DNA from: an uncultured Nitrospina sp.
GTDB lineage: Bacteria > Nitrospinota > Nitrospinia > Nitrospinales > VA-1
Direction: 5' to 3'
DNA: 35,024 bases
Assembly (NCBI GenBank): GCA_964510355.1
Contig: CAZEBI010000004.1
Location: 1 to 35,024 of the forward strand
Shown here: piece by piece, positions 8,484 to 17,759 of the stretch
Layout of the letters: every line of letters begins with the position of its first letter
How positions within the stretch are numbered: the first letter of the stretch is position 1
Notes under the pieces: model-generated
What the model saw: the letters and a program-made list of their open reading frames with translations, nothing else
Told to the model about the DNA's origin: nothing
Databases searched by the model: none
Program-made: the position numbers and the translations under genes

Positions 8484-11400
8484 TTAGTTTTTGATGATCA
8501 GTTTTTCGACCTCGTGGTCGTAAGCGGTTCGGCTTTGTTGAATCTGGGACCTGCGAAAAAGCATCTGCGGGAGTAATTTCAGGGCATCCCATTTGCTTTT
8601 CAAAAGTACCTGTCCTTGTCCGCGATAGGTGAAATATTTTATGTCGGCAAACTGGTGTTTCCAGATAGAAAAAATGAATTTAAAGTACATCTTGAGGGAA
8701 TAGTTTTTGATGAAAACCCAAAGATCGTTACGTTTGCATAGATAAACATAGCGGTCGCTGTACAGGCCCACTGTGGCGGTGCCGATATGGTAGACCTTGG
8801 CTTTTGGCAGATAAACGGCTCTGAACCCTTGCAATTGCCCCCGCATATTGAGATCGACATCTTCTGCGAAGATGAAAAAATCCTCATCGAAAAGCCCTAC
8901 CTGATTGAAAAATGTGCGTCGATAAATTCCGGCCCCGGCACAGGCTCCGAAAACATAGTCTTCTTTTTCATATTGCCCGACATCTTTTTCTCCCTGACCG
9001 CGGCCGCCGCCTGCGGACCAGCTGTGAAACAGGTCGCCGGTATTGTAAAAAACATCGCGTTGGTCGAGAAACATCATTTTGGTGGTGCCCATGCCGCATT
9101 CGGGATGGCGTTCCATGCCTTCGTAAAGTTCGCGCAACCAGTCCGGGGTCACCTCAATATCATTGTTGAGCAATACGATATATTCTGCGTTCGATGCTTT
9201 GATGCCTTCATTGCAGGCAATGGCGAACCCCATATTTTCAGGGAGTTTCAGTAGCCTTACGTCTGGGTATTGCTCCTCGATCATTTCTCGGGAACCATCG
9301 CTCGAGCCGTTATCGACAACGATGACCTCGTAGTCTGCGAAATCGAGTTTGGCGAGCGAATCCAGACACATGCCGACGAAGCGCATGCCATTCCAGTTGG
9401 GGACCACAACACTGACTTTCAAGGGAGAGCGGGAATTCGGGTTCATAGGTATCTTTTCGGTGTTTTGTGCGCAATTCTGAATAGGGATTTCCATAGTTTC
9501 TGCCGGTTTGCTGCGCAATAAAGCTTTTGCCCCCTGATGCGAGGGGTCTCTCTCAAGGCATTGTTGTAGGAGTTGAGTTTGCTTGTCCGGAGAAACCAGC
9601 AACGCCATCCTGAACCAGGCATTGGCCTGTATATGGGGATAGCTTGATGTCGCCACCGCTGCAAAAACTTTATAAGCTCCGGGTCGGTCGCCGGATTTTT
9701 CCAGGGCGGAAGCGAATGCATAGCGCATGATGTCATTATCCCGGTCTTTTTGCAGATAAAGTTCCAGCGTTTCGTGTTCGGGCCTCAGGTTAGAGTCGAG
9801 CTGGGCAAGACTTTTAACGATCAGAACATGCAGCCATTCGCGGTCTTTAGAGTCTGTGATGTCCCAGGTTTCAGCGTAAAGGTTTCTGAGTCCGTCCCGG
9901 TCCACCAGATTCTGCATGCATTCAACGCTGAATTCCCAGCAGTCATGTCGTTCAGGTTTTTGTCTGCGAACTTTTTCAAATTCTGCCAACGCTTGGGCGT
10001 AGTTTTTTTTGTGCTTTTGCAATAACCCCTGCGAATAAGAGGCTTCCAGATTATAGCCAAAGCGTTTTGTTTCTTCGTTTAGCAAGGAGAGAGCTTCATC
10101 GAGCTTGTTCTGTTCTATTTTTATATTGCAGAGTTTCAAGCGGGTATTGGCCCAATGAGGGGCGAGTTTGAGAACGGTCTCAAATGCTTTTTCGGCTTGC
10201 TCGGTGCGGTCCATGGCGTGATAAATTTCTCCCAGATAATCATGGCCTGCTATATCCAGCTTGTTCAACTTGATGAGTTTTTTGCACTCTTTGAGGGCGA
10301 GAGCGAGTTTTCCTCGGTCGGCATCGGAGCGGTCTAAGCCGGGTGCGTGCCACTCAGCTTGGGTGAGCGCATCCATATGGCGCATTTTTTCCTGCCAGGA
10401 CAAGGCAAGCGGATCGCCTGAAACAGGTTCTACAGATTCCAGGCGGTATACCGGGAACCGGGCCAGCACAACTTTTAATAATTTATAGCGCAAGCCGGTG
10501 ATCTCTTCCAGATGCTGGACATCCAGATCGGTAAAGCTCTTGATCAGGTATTTGGGTTTATGGCGCAAAAGCCCGCCGATGAAGCTGTCGTAAAAACCTT
10601 CGAGATCCGGGGTGTCCCAGGGGCCGATGGTGTGATGCAGAAAATTGTCGGAAGCCGGTGTATCGACCAGATGATAAAGCTGTGAAAAAGTTCCCCAGAC
10701 AAAAATACGTTCACCGCTTTCACCGCGCATTCGCATCAGCCGTTTGAGAATTTTTCCCAGCCGGGGCAGATACAGGTATTGGTCAAATTTTTCGTAATGG
10801 ATCAGGGTCTCAGGTTTTGTTGGGCGCAGATAATAAAAAGCCATGGTTTTTAAATTCCACGCCAGCAAAACCGAGAAACCGGCAAGAACTTTCCATATTG
10901 TAGCTTGCTCCAGCATCAATACGGCATCCATGCCCAAACCACAGCCCAATGAGAGCAAAGCAAATAATGGCAGATAGTGGTACCTGGAAAACGCCCGCTG
11001 GAAAACGATCATGCTAAACAGGACCAGGGAAAAAGCCGGCAACCAGATGTTTTGCTTTTGTATGCAAAAATATGTGAGCGCAATGAGACCCAGCCAGATG
11101 GGCAGGGCTTGCTTGAAGAGTTTGCCGATTTCAAGCAAAACACTGAAATGCATGCTTTTGGTTTGGGTCAGCCTGAGGGTGGTGGCCATACGGGTTTTCA
11201 TTTGTTTGCGCGCGAGGGCATCCCAAAACCCCATCTTCCATTCTACCAGGTTGGAAAGCGCCATCACCCCTGCACCCGCCAGGGCAAACTGGGCCGAGGC
11301 CAGCGCACCGAATTCAATCCAGACCACCGGCGTTAAGACTCCGGCAAAAAGAGCGCTGGTGTATTTGGGCAGGGTAGCCAGACCAAAACAGAATCCTGCA

Positions 11401-11861
11401 AGGATCACCCAACCGGTTTGCAATAAAGCCAGCCCGGAAAAAATAAAAGGAATATAAAATTGTTCGAAGTTGAAAGAACCCGCCGTCAGGTCAGGAGAAG
11501 TGCCATAAAAAGCATAGAGCAAGCCGCCGGTGAAACTGGCCCAGGGGTTGTGGGTGAAACTCCATAAGGCACCATAGATGGCCAGTGAGCCGGCAAGGTG
11601 AAAAGCGGTCTGCAAATGACGGATGCGCTGAACTCCACCCTGAGGGGAACCATAGAGTTTGTCGAACAACAGCATTTTCCACATGGGGATACCGATGATT
11701 TGCAGGTCTTTTTTCCAGCGGAACCCTTGCGACGATGCAAAACGGGCGCGGTAAGTGTAGATGGCAAAATCATCATCCAGAGGAAAATTCCGAAAAGGCC
11801 GACGCAATAAAACGGCGGCGAGGGAAATGATGACTAAAAATGTCGGGGTCAACAGGTCCAT
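8484..11861 (-). CDS. Fusion protein: N-terminal polytopic membrane domain (GT-C-like), central TPR repeats, C-terminal family-2 glycosyltransferase
   Basis: 1125 aa. The first ~400 aa contain many hydrophobic helices, with an acidic FPLDDDFAIYTY loop after TM1. The middle has TPR-like repeats (e.g. GHDYLGEIYHAMDRTEQAEKAFETVLKLAP). The C-terminus reads VSVVVPNWNGMRF...YEVIVVDNGSSDGS...NMGFAIACNEG...LLNNDIEV...FAEDVDL, classic GT2. Confidence 0.8.
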   Translation of the reverse strand: MDLLTPTFLVIISLAAVLLRRPFRNFPLDDDFAIYTYRARFASSQGFRWKKDLQIIGIPMWKMLLFDKLYGSPQGGVQRIRHLQTAFHLAGSLAIYGALWSFTHNPWASFTGGLLYAFYGTSPDLTAGSFNFEQFYIPFIFSGLALLQTGWVILAGFCFGLATLPKYTSALFAGVLTPVVWIEFGALASAQFALAGAGVMALSNLVEWKMGFWDALARKQMKTRMATTLRLTQTKSMHFSVLLEIGKLFKQALPIWLGLIALTYFCIQKQNIWLPAFSLVLFSMIVFQRAFSRYHYLPLFALLSLGCGLGMDAVLMLEQATIWKVLAGFSVLLAWNLKTMAFYYLRPTKPETLIHYEKFDQYLYLPRLGKILKRLMRMRGESGERIFVWGTFSQLYHLVDTPASDNFLHHTIGPWDTPDLEGFYDSFIGGLLRHKPKYLIKSFTDLDVQHLEEITGLRYKLLKVVLARFPVYRLESVEPVSGDPLALSWQEKMRHMDALTQAEWHAPGLDRSDADRGKLALALKECKKLIKLNKLDIAGHDYLGEIYHAMDRTEQAEKAFETVLKLAPHWANTRLKLCNIKIEQNKLDEALSLLNEETKRFGYNLEASYSQGLLQKHKKNYAQALAEFEKVRRQKPERHDCWEFSVECMQNLVDRDGLRNLYAETWDITDSKDREWLHVLIVKSLAQLDSNLRPEHETLELYLQKDRDNDIMRYAFASALEKSGDRPGAYKVFAAVATSSYPHIQANAWFRMALLVSPDKQTQLLQQCLERDPSHQGAKALLRSKPAETMEIPIQNCAQNTEKIPMNPNSRSPLKVSVVVPNWNGMRFVGMCLDSLAKLDFADYEVIVVDNGSSDGSREMIEEQYPDVRLLKLPENMGFAIACNEGIKASNAEYIVLLNNDIEVTPDWLRELYEGMERHPECGMGTTKMMFLDQRDVFYNTGDLFHSWSAGGGRGQGEKDVGQYEKEDYVFGACAGAGIYRRTFFNQVGLFDEDFFIFAEDVDLNMRGQLQGFRAVYLPKAKVYHIGTATVGLYSDRYVYLCKRNDLWVFIKNYSLKMYFKFIFSIWKHQFADIKYFTYRGQGQVLLKSKWDALKLLPQMLFRRSQIQQSRTAYDHEVEKLIIKN

Positions 11862-12107
11862 GATAGTTGGCTTTGGGATGCGTGGAGAACTATGGCTTTC
11901 CTACACTTATATAATCGGCTGATTTCCCAGGTTTCTTTAGTCTTTCGACGGGTCGCCGGGACACCTTTCCTCCTTAAAGCCTCTCGAGTATAGGCAATGG
12001 GGCCTGGGGGATCAACCCTGCAATTTCAGCCCGATACAGGCCCCCGGTCGCTTGCTTTTCGAGCTCAGATTGAGGAGAATAACATCAACAAATTTAAGGA
12101 GATTCAG

Positions 12108-13227
12108 ATGCAAGAAGATTTAGCCAAGACGTTCAAAGATATAGAAAACAAGATAGGACTTCTTCGGAGGTTACTTTGACGTTGATCAGAAGATAAAAGA
12201 AGTGGCGTCTCTGGATGCAGGAATTGCCGGCTCGGGGTTCTGGAATGATAATGAGTCCGCCCAAAAAATTCTACAAAAAAGGTCCGGTCTGCAACGTTCC
12301 ATAGAAATCTGGAAAAACCTGGATAAAGAGGGCGAAGACTTGAGTGCCATGCTGGAGCTTTCTGCCGAGGAAGAAGACCCTTCTCTCGACGAGGAGATCC
12401 AATCTTCTTTGATCCAGCTTAGAGAACAGGTTGTCCTGGCAGAATTGCAGGCCATGTTGTCGGGGGACAATGACTTTAATAATGCTTTCCTGGCGATCAA
12501 CTCCGGCGCAGGGGGCACGGAGTCGCAAGACTGGGCGGAAATGCTTTTACGCATGTACCTGCGCTGGGGAGACCGTAATGGTTATAAAACAGAAGTTCTG
12601 GATATGCAATATGGCGAGGAGGCGGGTATCAAAAGTGCCACGGTCCTGTTCACCGGCGACTACGCTTTCGGTTATTTGAAAGCGGAGATCGGAGTGCATC
12701 GCCTGGTGCGTATTTCTCCTTATGATTCCAACAAAAGACGCCACACCTCGTTTGCGTCGGCTTTTGTCTACCCTGAAGTTGATGATGAAATCGACGTTGA
12801 AATCAAGGACGAAGACTTGAAGGTAGATGTCTATCGCGCTTCAGGGCCGGGAGGTCAAGGCGTGAACACCACCGATTCTGCGGTCCGGTTGACGCATACT
12901 CCGTCGGGTATTGTGGTCCAATGCCAGAATGAACGCTCGCAACATAAAAACAAGGCATCGGCCATCAAGGTCTTAAAATCCCGCCTGTACGAGCTGGAAC
13001 AGGAAAAACAGGGTGAAGAAAAAAAGGAAATGGAGAAGCAAAAAAGAAAAATAGAATGGGGCAGTCAGATCCGTTCCTACGTTCTGCACCCTTACCGCCT
13101 AGTTAAAGACTTGCGGACGAATGTGGAAGTGGGCAATGTGGATGCGGTGCTCGATGGCGATCTACAGACTTTCATTCAGGCTTTTTTGCGTTTCGATAAA
13201 ACCGGAGAGGAGGCAGGAAAGGTATGA
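12108..13227 (+). CDS. prfB: Peptide chain release factor 2, expressed by +1 programmed frameshift: join(12108..12176,12178..13227)
   Basis: ATG 12108 follows AAGGAG (12096..12101). Frame 0 reads MQEDLAKTFKDIENKIGLLRRLL, then an in-frame TGA at 12177..12179. The +1 frame continues DVDQKIKEVASLDAGIAGSGFWND...SGAGGTESQDWAEML...GVHRLVRISPYDS...YRASGPGGQGVNTTDSAVR...QCQNERSQHKNK. GGQ and an SP(Y/F)-type motif are present. Confidence 0.95.
12166..12180 (+). promoter_or_regulatory. prfB: prfB +1 frameshift site: internal SD-like GGAGG, 3-nt spacer, CTT TGA C
   Basis: The sequence is GGAGG-TTA-CTT-TGA-C. E. coli has AGGGGG-TAT-CTT-TGA-C, with the same slippery CUU, a UGA followed by C, and the same 3-nt spacer. 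Confidence 0.9.
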
Positions 13228-14249
13228 AATCGGGGATGCAACCGGCTTTAATCAATGACCCGTTCGGGGACCCCGGACTGCTGGTGCAGTTTCTTCTGCA
13301 AAAGCGGGTGCTGTTGTTTGACCTGGGCGATTTATCCGCTGTATCGAACGCAACCTTGCTCAAAGTTTCCCATGTTTTTGTCAGCCACACCCATATCGAC
13401 CATTTTATTGGTTTTGACCGGTTGTTGCGCACGCTTTTTGGCCGGGAAAAAACACTGACAATTTTTGGCCCGGAAAATATCATTCAAAATGTGCAAGGTA
13501 AGCTGGCCGGATTCACCTGGAACCTGGTTGAGCTGTATGCGGAATCGCTCACCATAGAGGTGGTCGAAGTGCGCCAGAGCGGTTTGCGGAAAGGCAGTTT
13601 CAGGGCGATTGAAAAATTTCAGCTTTGCGACGAAAGGCAAGAGGCTTTTGAGGAAGGGGGGCGGATCGTGGACCACCCTGACTTTTCTGTGCACGCGGCG
13701 ATACTGGAGCATCGGGTGCCTTGTCTGGGTTTTGCGCTGGAAGAAAAACCGCACGCCAATATTGACAAAGATAAATTGCAATCGATGCAGGCCGAGCCTG
13801 GACCCTGGCTGAATCAATTGAAACAAAGCATATTGAGCGGTGAACCGGAATCCACACTCATAGCGGTGCCGTTTAGAAAGCCTGAGGGCGCGCGAAATAT
13901 TCCCCAGGGCCAACTCAAGAGCGATTTGGTGGAGGTTTTTCCCGGGCAAAAAATTGGCTATGTGGTGGATACGGTTTTTAATGAGCGTAATAGAAAGAAG
14001 ATCGTGCAATTGGTAGAATCTGCGGATATCTTTTTTTGTGAATCGCCTTTTCTGGCCGATGAAGAAGAACGCGGGCAAACACGTTACCATCTTACATCCC
14101 GTCAGGCGGGAACCCTGGCCCGAGAGGCGGGTGTCAAGCAACTGCAGGTTTTTCATTTTTCGTCCCGGCATAAAGATTGCCGCGAGCAGTTCTATAATGA
14201 GGCGCAGGAGGCTTTCCAACAAACACAGCCTGCCGCCATTGAGAAGTAA
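13224..14249 (+). CDS. Metallo-beta-lactamase-fold hydrolase (RNase Z-like subfamily possible)
   Basis: 341 aa. HxHxDH motif in VSHTHIDHFIGFDRLL. The ATG overlaps the prfB stop in ATGA (13224..13227), which suggests translational coupling. Confidence 0.7.
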   Translation: MKSGMQPALINDPFGDPGLLVQFLLQKRVLLFDLGDLSAVSNATLLKVSHVFVSHTHIDHFIGFDRLLRTLFGREKTLTIFGPENIIQNVQGKLAGFTWNLVELYAESLTIEVVEVRQSGLRKGSFRAIEKFQLCDERQEAFEEGGRIVDHPDFSVHAAILEHRVPCLGFALEEKPHANIDKDKLQSMQAEPGPWLNQLKQSILSGEPESTLIAVPFRKPEGARNIPQGQLKSDLVEVFPGQKIGYVVDTVFNERNRKKIVQLVESADIFFCESPFLADEEERGQTRYHLTSRQAGTLAREAGVKQLQVFHFSSRHKDCREQFYNEAQEAFQQTQPAAIEK

Positions 14250-14288
14250 ATTTCTCCTGATTGCTAACACTCATTATGAGGGCGCCCC

Positions 14289-15776
14289 TTGTTCTGGATT
14301 GATTTGGGATTACTGGGAATCACCGCCTACCGCATGGTGGCGGCGCTAAAAGCCGCTTTCACGGTAATGGAAAAACTGGCCCTGGCATTTTTGTTGGCGT
14401 TGGGGCTAAAGAGCCTGATTCTATTTTTCCTGATTCAAATGGGAGTTCGTCCTTTCGCCAGCATCCAGATCGGGGCGACTATATTTGTGCTTGTCCTGAC
14501 AGTGTTGCTGACTCGACCCGCAATGGTGCCCGCCGCCCAGACAGTTTTCGTGAGTGCCAAGTGGGCAACGGTTTTGGTTTGTCTGGTGATTGGAGTGCTT
14601 TTTTCATTCAGTCTGGTGAATGCCTGGTTTTTTCCCATTGTAGAATCGGATGCGGCCTGGTATCAGGTCAAAGCTTTATCCTTCCTGCATGAGGTCCGTT
14701 TCGATTCAGAATGGATTGTCCCTCAGCTTCAGCAGTATCCTCCGTTTGTGCCGCTTTTGTTTTCCTGGCTTACGGCTTTTGGCATTGAGCCGATGCGAAT
14801 CATTTTTCCGTTTTTTTATTTGGCGCTGAATATCATTTTTTATTGCCGTGTGTGCGAATTCACCGGGAACTCTAAAATGGCCGCCATGTTGACGCTTGTG
14901 TTGGGAACAACCCCTTATATCTGGTGGCATGGTGTCTTGCCTTTTCTGGATTTATGCACGGCGGTGTTTTATTCGGCAGGAGCCCTGTACTGGTTTTTCT
15001 GGATGGAAAGCGGGGCTGAGGAAAAGAGCAGGGGCAGGACACTGGCTTTTTTGAGTGGCCTGTTTTTTGGCCTGTCTGCCTGGGTCCGCCTGGAGTTTTT
15101 AATTTATTGCCTGATTCCCATTGCGCTGACCCTTTGCGCTGATGCTGAACGCACGCAGGGCAGGGACCAAAAAGCATATCTGCTCTTTTTTGCGTTGCTA
15201 CTGGTTTTCCCGACCCTCTGGTTTTTGAGTTTGGCTTCTTTTGAACCGGCTCTTTTGGGGCGGGTCAAAATGGTGGCGATGGTTGCTGTATTTGCCTGGA
15301 TAGTCGCTCTGGCATTTGTGCTGGGAAGCTGGAGGTTGAAGGTTTTCACGGTGATCAAGGCAGGACTCGTGGCGGGGGCAGTATTTGTTGTTTTTATTTT
15401 GATGGATAGTGCAGGGCAGATTCCGGGGTGGAAAAAACTTTCCATTGCTTTATACCGGACAATAATCGTGCACGTTTTTTATCTGTTCACAGCGTTCCTT
15501 GCTGTTTTTCTTTTTCTCGGCAGGTTGAGAAATATCCCCAGGCTCAATAAATTGTTTGGTCTGTTTCTGGTGTTCTATCCGCTGGTTCACTTTGCCATCT
15601 TCTCCTATTCCACCCCGAAGTGGCTGACTCTCGGGGAATATGTACACGCCACGTTTATCAGCCCCGGCAATTCGGTCAGTCTTTCCGATACCCGAGGGAT
15701 GATATCGATGTATCCCCTCTTGCTGTTTTTCATTGCCAGTATTCCCTCTGTTCGGCGAGGATTCGACGATGCCTAA
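14289..15776 (+). CDS. Polytopic membrane protein, GT-C-like (ArnT/PMT_2-like) glycosyltransferase candidate
   Basis: 495-aa ORF that is almost entirely hydrophobic helices. An acidic loop motif, PIVESDAAWYQVKA, follows the early TM helices and resembles the GT-C loop-1 D/E motif. The start is uncertain: TTG 14289 or ATG 14334. Confidence 0.45.
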   Translation: MFWIDLGLLGITAYRMVAALKAAFTVMEKLALAFLLALGLKSLILFFLIQMGVRPFASIQIGATIFVLVLTVLLTRPAMVPAAQTVFVSAKWATVLVCLVIGVLFSFSLVNAWFFPIVESDAAWYQVKALSFLHEVRFDSEWIVPQLQQYPPFVPLLFSWLTAFGIEPMRIIFPFFYLALNIIFYCRVCEFTGNSKMAAMLTLVLGTTPYIWWHGVLPFLDLCTAVFYSAGALYWFFWMESGAEEKSRGRTLAFLSGLFFGLSAWVRLEFLIYCLIPIALTLCADAERTQGRDQKAYLLFFALLLVFPTLWFLSLASFEPALLGRVKMVAMVAVFAWIVALAFVLGSWRLKVFTVIKAGLVAGAVFVVFILMDSAGQIPGWKKLSIALYRTIIVHVFYLFTAFLAVFLFLGRLRNIPRLNKLFGLFLVFYPLVHFAIFSYSTPKWLTLGEYVHATFISPGNSVSLSDTRGMISMYPLLLFFIASIPSVRRGFDDA

Positions 15777-16242
15777 AGAAAGGTGGGTGCAGAATGTTAT
15801 CTGGGGAGTGGTGTTTTTTAATACGGTCGTTATTTGTGGTCTTTTCATAATGCCACGGGCGCAATTTATCATGGACCATATTGAGGACAGCCGGGAAGTG
15901 TTGCGGGAATCTGTGGGGCCACTCGATATGCCCAATCAATATGTCCATACTTATCGGGTTATGCATCAGGTGCGGGACATAGCCGGTGAGGATGCGGTGT
16001 TACTTCTGCCTGCGGATGACTGGGAATTTGGCTCGCCCCGCTCAGCTGTGATTCAGACCTTATACCCGCGCAAGGTTTATTTTTCAGGCGATCAGGGCTT
16101 CGATGAAATACTTTCCCAGGCCGCCGGTTTAAAGGAGGCCTATGTGGTGTTCAATAAAAAATGGGGAAAAGAATTTTGCCTGAAACTTTCCGTTCAGGAT
16201 TTTGGCGAACAGGGGTTTGGGATTTGCCGAGTCAGTAAATGA
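15769..16242 (+). CDS. N-terminally membrane-anchored protein of unknown function, overlapping the preceding gene by 8 nt
   Basis: ATG 15769 (MPKERWVQNVIWGVVFFNTVVICGLFIM...) gives one TM helix followed by a ~125-aa soluble domain. The ORF-track start at 15733 is less likely. It overlaps the stop of the 14289..15776 gene. Confidence 0.5.
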   Translation: MPKERWVQNVIWGVVFFNTVVICGLFIMPRAQFIMDHIEDSREVLRESVGPLDMPNQYVHTYRVMHQVRDIAGEDAVLLLPADDWEFGSPRSAVIQTLYPRKVYFSGDQGFDEILSQAAGLKEAYVVFNKKWGKEFCLKLSVQDFGEQGFGICRVSK

Positions 16243-16270
16243 TGCCAGACGTTTTATTGGCAGAGCCGCT

Positions 16271-17113
16271 CTATTTATTGGGGCTTTTGCACAGGCGGGT
16301 GCCAAAAAAGAAAAGCGTATCTCCGAGACCTGTGCTGAAGCGCGAAAGAACGGCCAGTGTTATCACCTCGGCTTCGGGCAGGTAATTTTTCATGAAAAAT
16401 ATCAACACCATCTCGCGCACACCCACTCCGGCAGGAGCACCGGGAGTGATGAACCCGACCAGCCAGGCCACTGTATATATCGATGGAAACACGAGCATTA
16501 ATCTCCAGTCCTGGAAATTGATGGTCGTGGAAATCAAGGTGAGAAAATAAAACAGCAGGCCTGAGCAGAGAAGGAAGCTCAGGTAAAAAACGGTGGCTTT
16601 AAAAAGTAGAATATCAGTTTTGAACCAGGAAAACGCAACAGCCGCAAGTACAAATAATGCCAGGCACCCTGACAGGGTAAGGGTTAAACCTAGATGTGTT
16701 AAAAGTACAGGCGCGAAAGGCAATGCCATAGAGGCAATGCATAGAATTTCCCACATCGTGGTTTTTGCCAGAGGGGATGCGGATAAACCCGCTTGTTGCC
16801 CCTCAGCTTGACGACTTGCCAGGTGGAAAATATTCCCCGGAACATATTTTATAATTTGTGTTTTTCCATATATATAGACGGCCCATCTCCAGTCTACATT
16901 CAGCTCGTATTTCTGCAGTAATGTATGCCAGGCTAAAGCCAGAAAAGTGCTTGCCATTGCGTAAGCGGCAGAAAGGAAAAGCAGGCAGGACCATTGAGCA
17001 AGGCTTAGCGTGCCGAATTGATCTGTATATGAAATCAACTTGGACAGGATGAACACGACTCCCGCAAAAGCCAAAACAGATCCTAAAAGCGCAACTGCTT
17101 TTTTTGCGGACAT
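16271..17113 (-). CDS. UPF0104 / lysylphosphatidylglycerol-synthase-TM-region-like (flippase-like) membrane protein
   Basis: 280 aa with multiple TM helices. Motifs KYVPGNIFHLASRQ and ITPGAPAGVGVREMV resemble the P-G-G-x-G-v-r-E signature of this family. Confidence 0.6.
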   Translation of the reverse strand: MSAKKAVALLGSVLAFAGVVFILSKLISYTDQFGTLSLAQWSCLLFLSAAYAMASTFLALAWHTLLQKYELNVDWRWAVYIYGKTQIIKYVPGNIFHLASRQAEGQQAGLSASPLAKTTMWEILCIASMALPFAPVLLTHLGLTLTLSGCLALFVLAAVAFSWFKTDILLFKATVFYLSFLLCSGLLFYFLTLISTTINFQDWRLMLVFPSIYTVAWLVGFITPGAPAGVGVREMVLIFFMKNYLPEAEVITLAVLSRFSTGLGDTLFFFGTRLCKSPNK

Positions 17114-17126
17114 CAGGAAGGGGAAG

Positions 17127-17756
17127 TTATTTTTTGCAAAGCAGCATTGTCCATGGCAAGGGCGATCTTATATCAATGATTTCGAAGTACCGCCCTACAA
17201 GGGTTATAAATTCTTTCTTCGACCATTTTTGAATATGTCCGGGAGTATTTCCAAAAGCACTCCAGTATTTTCCTCGCAACATATTTAAAATACTCCAGAG
17301 GGGTTCGTCAGGGACACTTATGATGAGGTAAGGTTTTGCAATGCTGCGCAAAACTTCAAGTGCCTTTATGGGTTCATCAAGATGTTCTAAAACCTCGCAA
17401 CATACAACCAATGTGGCAGAGTCCACCGCAGGCTCAAGATCATAGATTTGTTTGACCTTGAGGCCTTCTATGTCAAGGTTGAGCGATTCTAAATTGTTTC
17501 TGGCTAAGTCTATTGCGATGCGGGAAAAATCGCTTCCGCGAGTTTTTAGCCCCCTTGAGGCCCATTCGGAAATCCAGTATCCTTCGCCGCACCCGACTTC
17601 GTGAATATCCTTTGCCTGGGTGCGATTCACCAGGGAATTCAGGTTTTTGAAAAACCCTTGCATCAATATTTTGACGACGGGATTTTTGGAATTGTATTTG
17701 TCGTAAAAATTACCGACCTCAATGCCATCTTCAGATTTCCCGCCGGCAATTTTCAT
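17127..17756 (-). CDS. Class I SAM-dependent methyltransferase
   Basis: 209 aa. Motif I in IHEVGCGEGYW, and a later VVCCEVLEHLDEP block typical of Methyltransf_11/23-like enzymes. Confidence 0.7.
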   Translation of the reverse strand: MKIAGGKSEDGIEVGNFYDKYNSKNPVVKILMQGFFKNLNSLVNRTQAKDIHEVGCGEGYWISEWASRGLKTRGSDFSRIAIDLARNNLESLNLDIEGLKVKQIYDLEPAVDSATLVVCCEVLEHLDEPIKALEVLRSIAKPYLIISVPDEPLWSILNMLRGKYWSAFGNTPGHIQKWSKKEFITLVGRYFEIIDIRSPLPWTMLLCKK

Positions 17757-17759
17757 GAA

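Noticed and set aside
11997-12107. Upstream extension of the first prfB ORF (MGPGGSTLQF…)
   Set aside because: The internal ATG 12108 has a good AAGGAG RBS and yields the usual ~23-residue RF2 leader before the frameshift site. The extension has no RBS and no RF2 similarity.
13332-14270. 312-aa minus-strand ORF
   Set aside because: It is antisense to the MBL-fold gene, which has an HxHxDH motif and an ATGA coupling to prfB. The minus-frame product is L/R-rich and low-complexity, typical of a shadow ORF.
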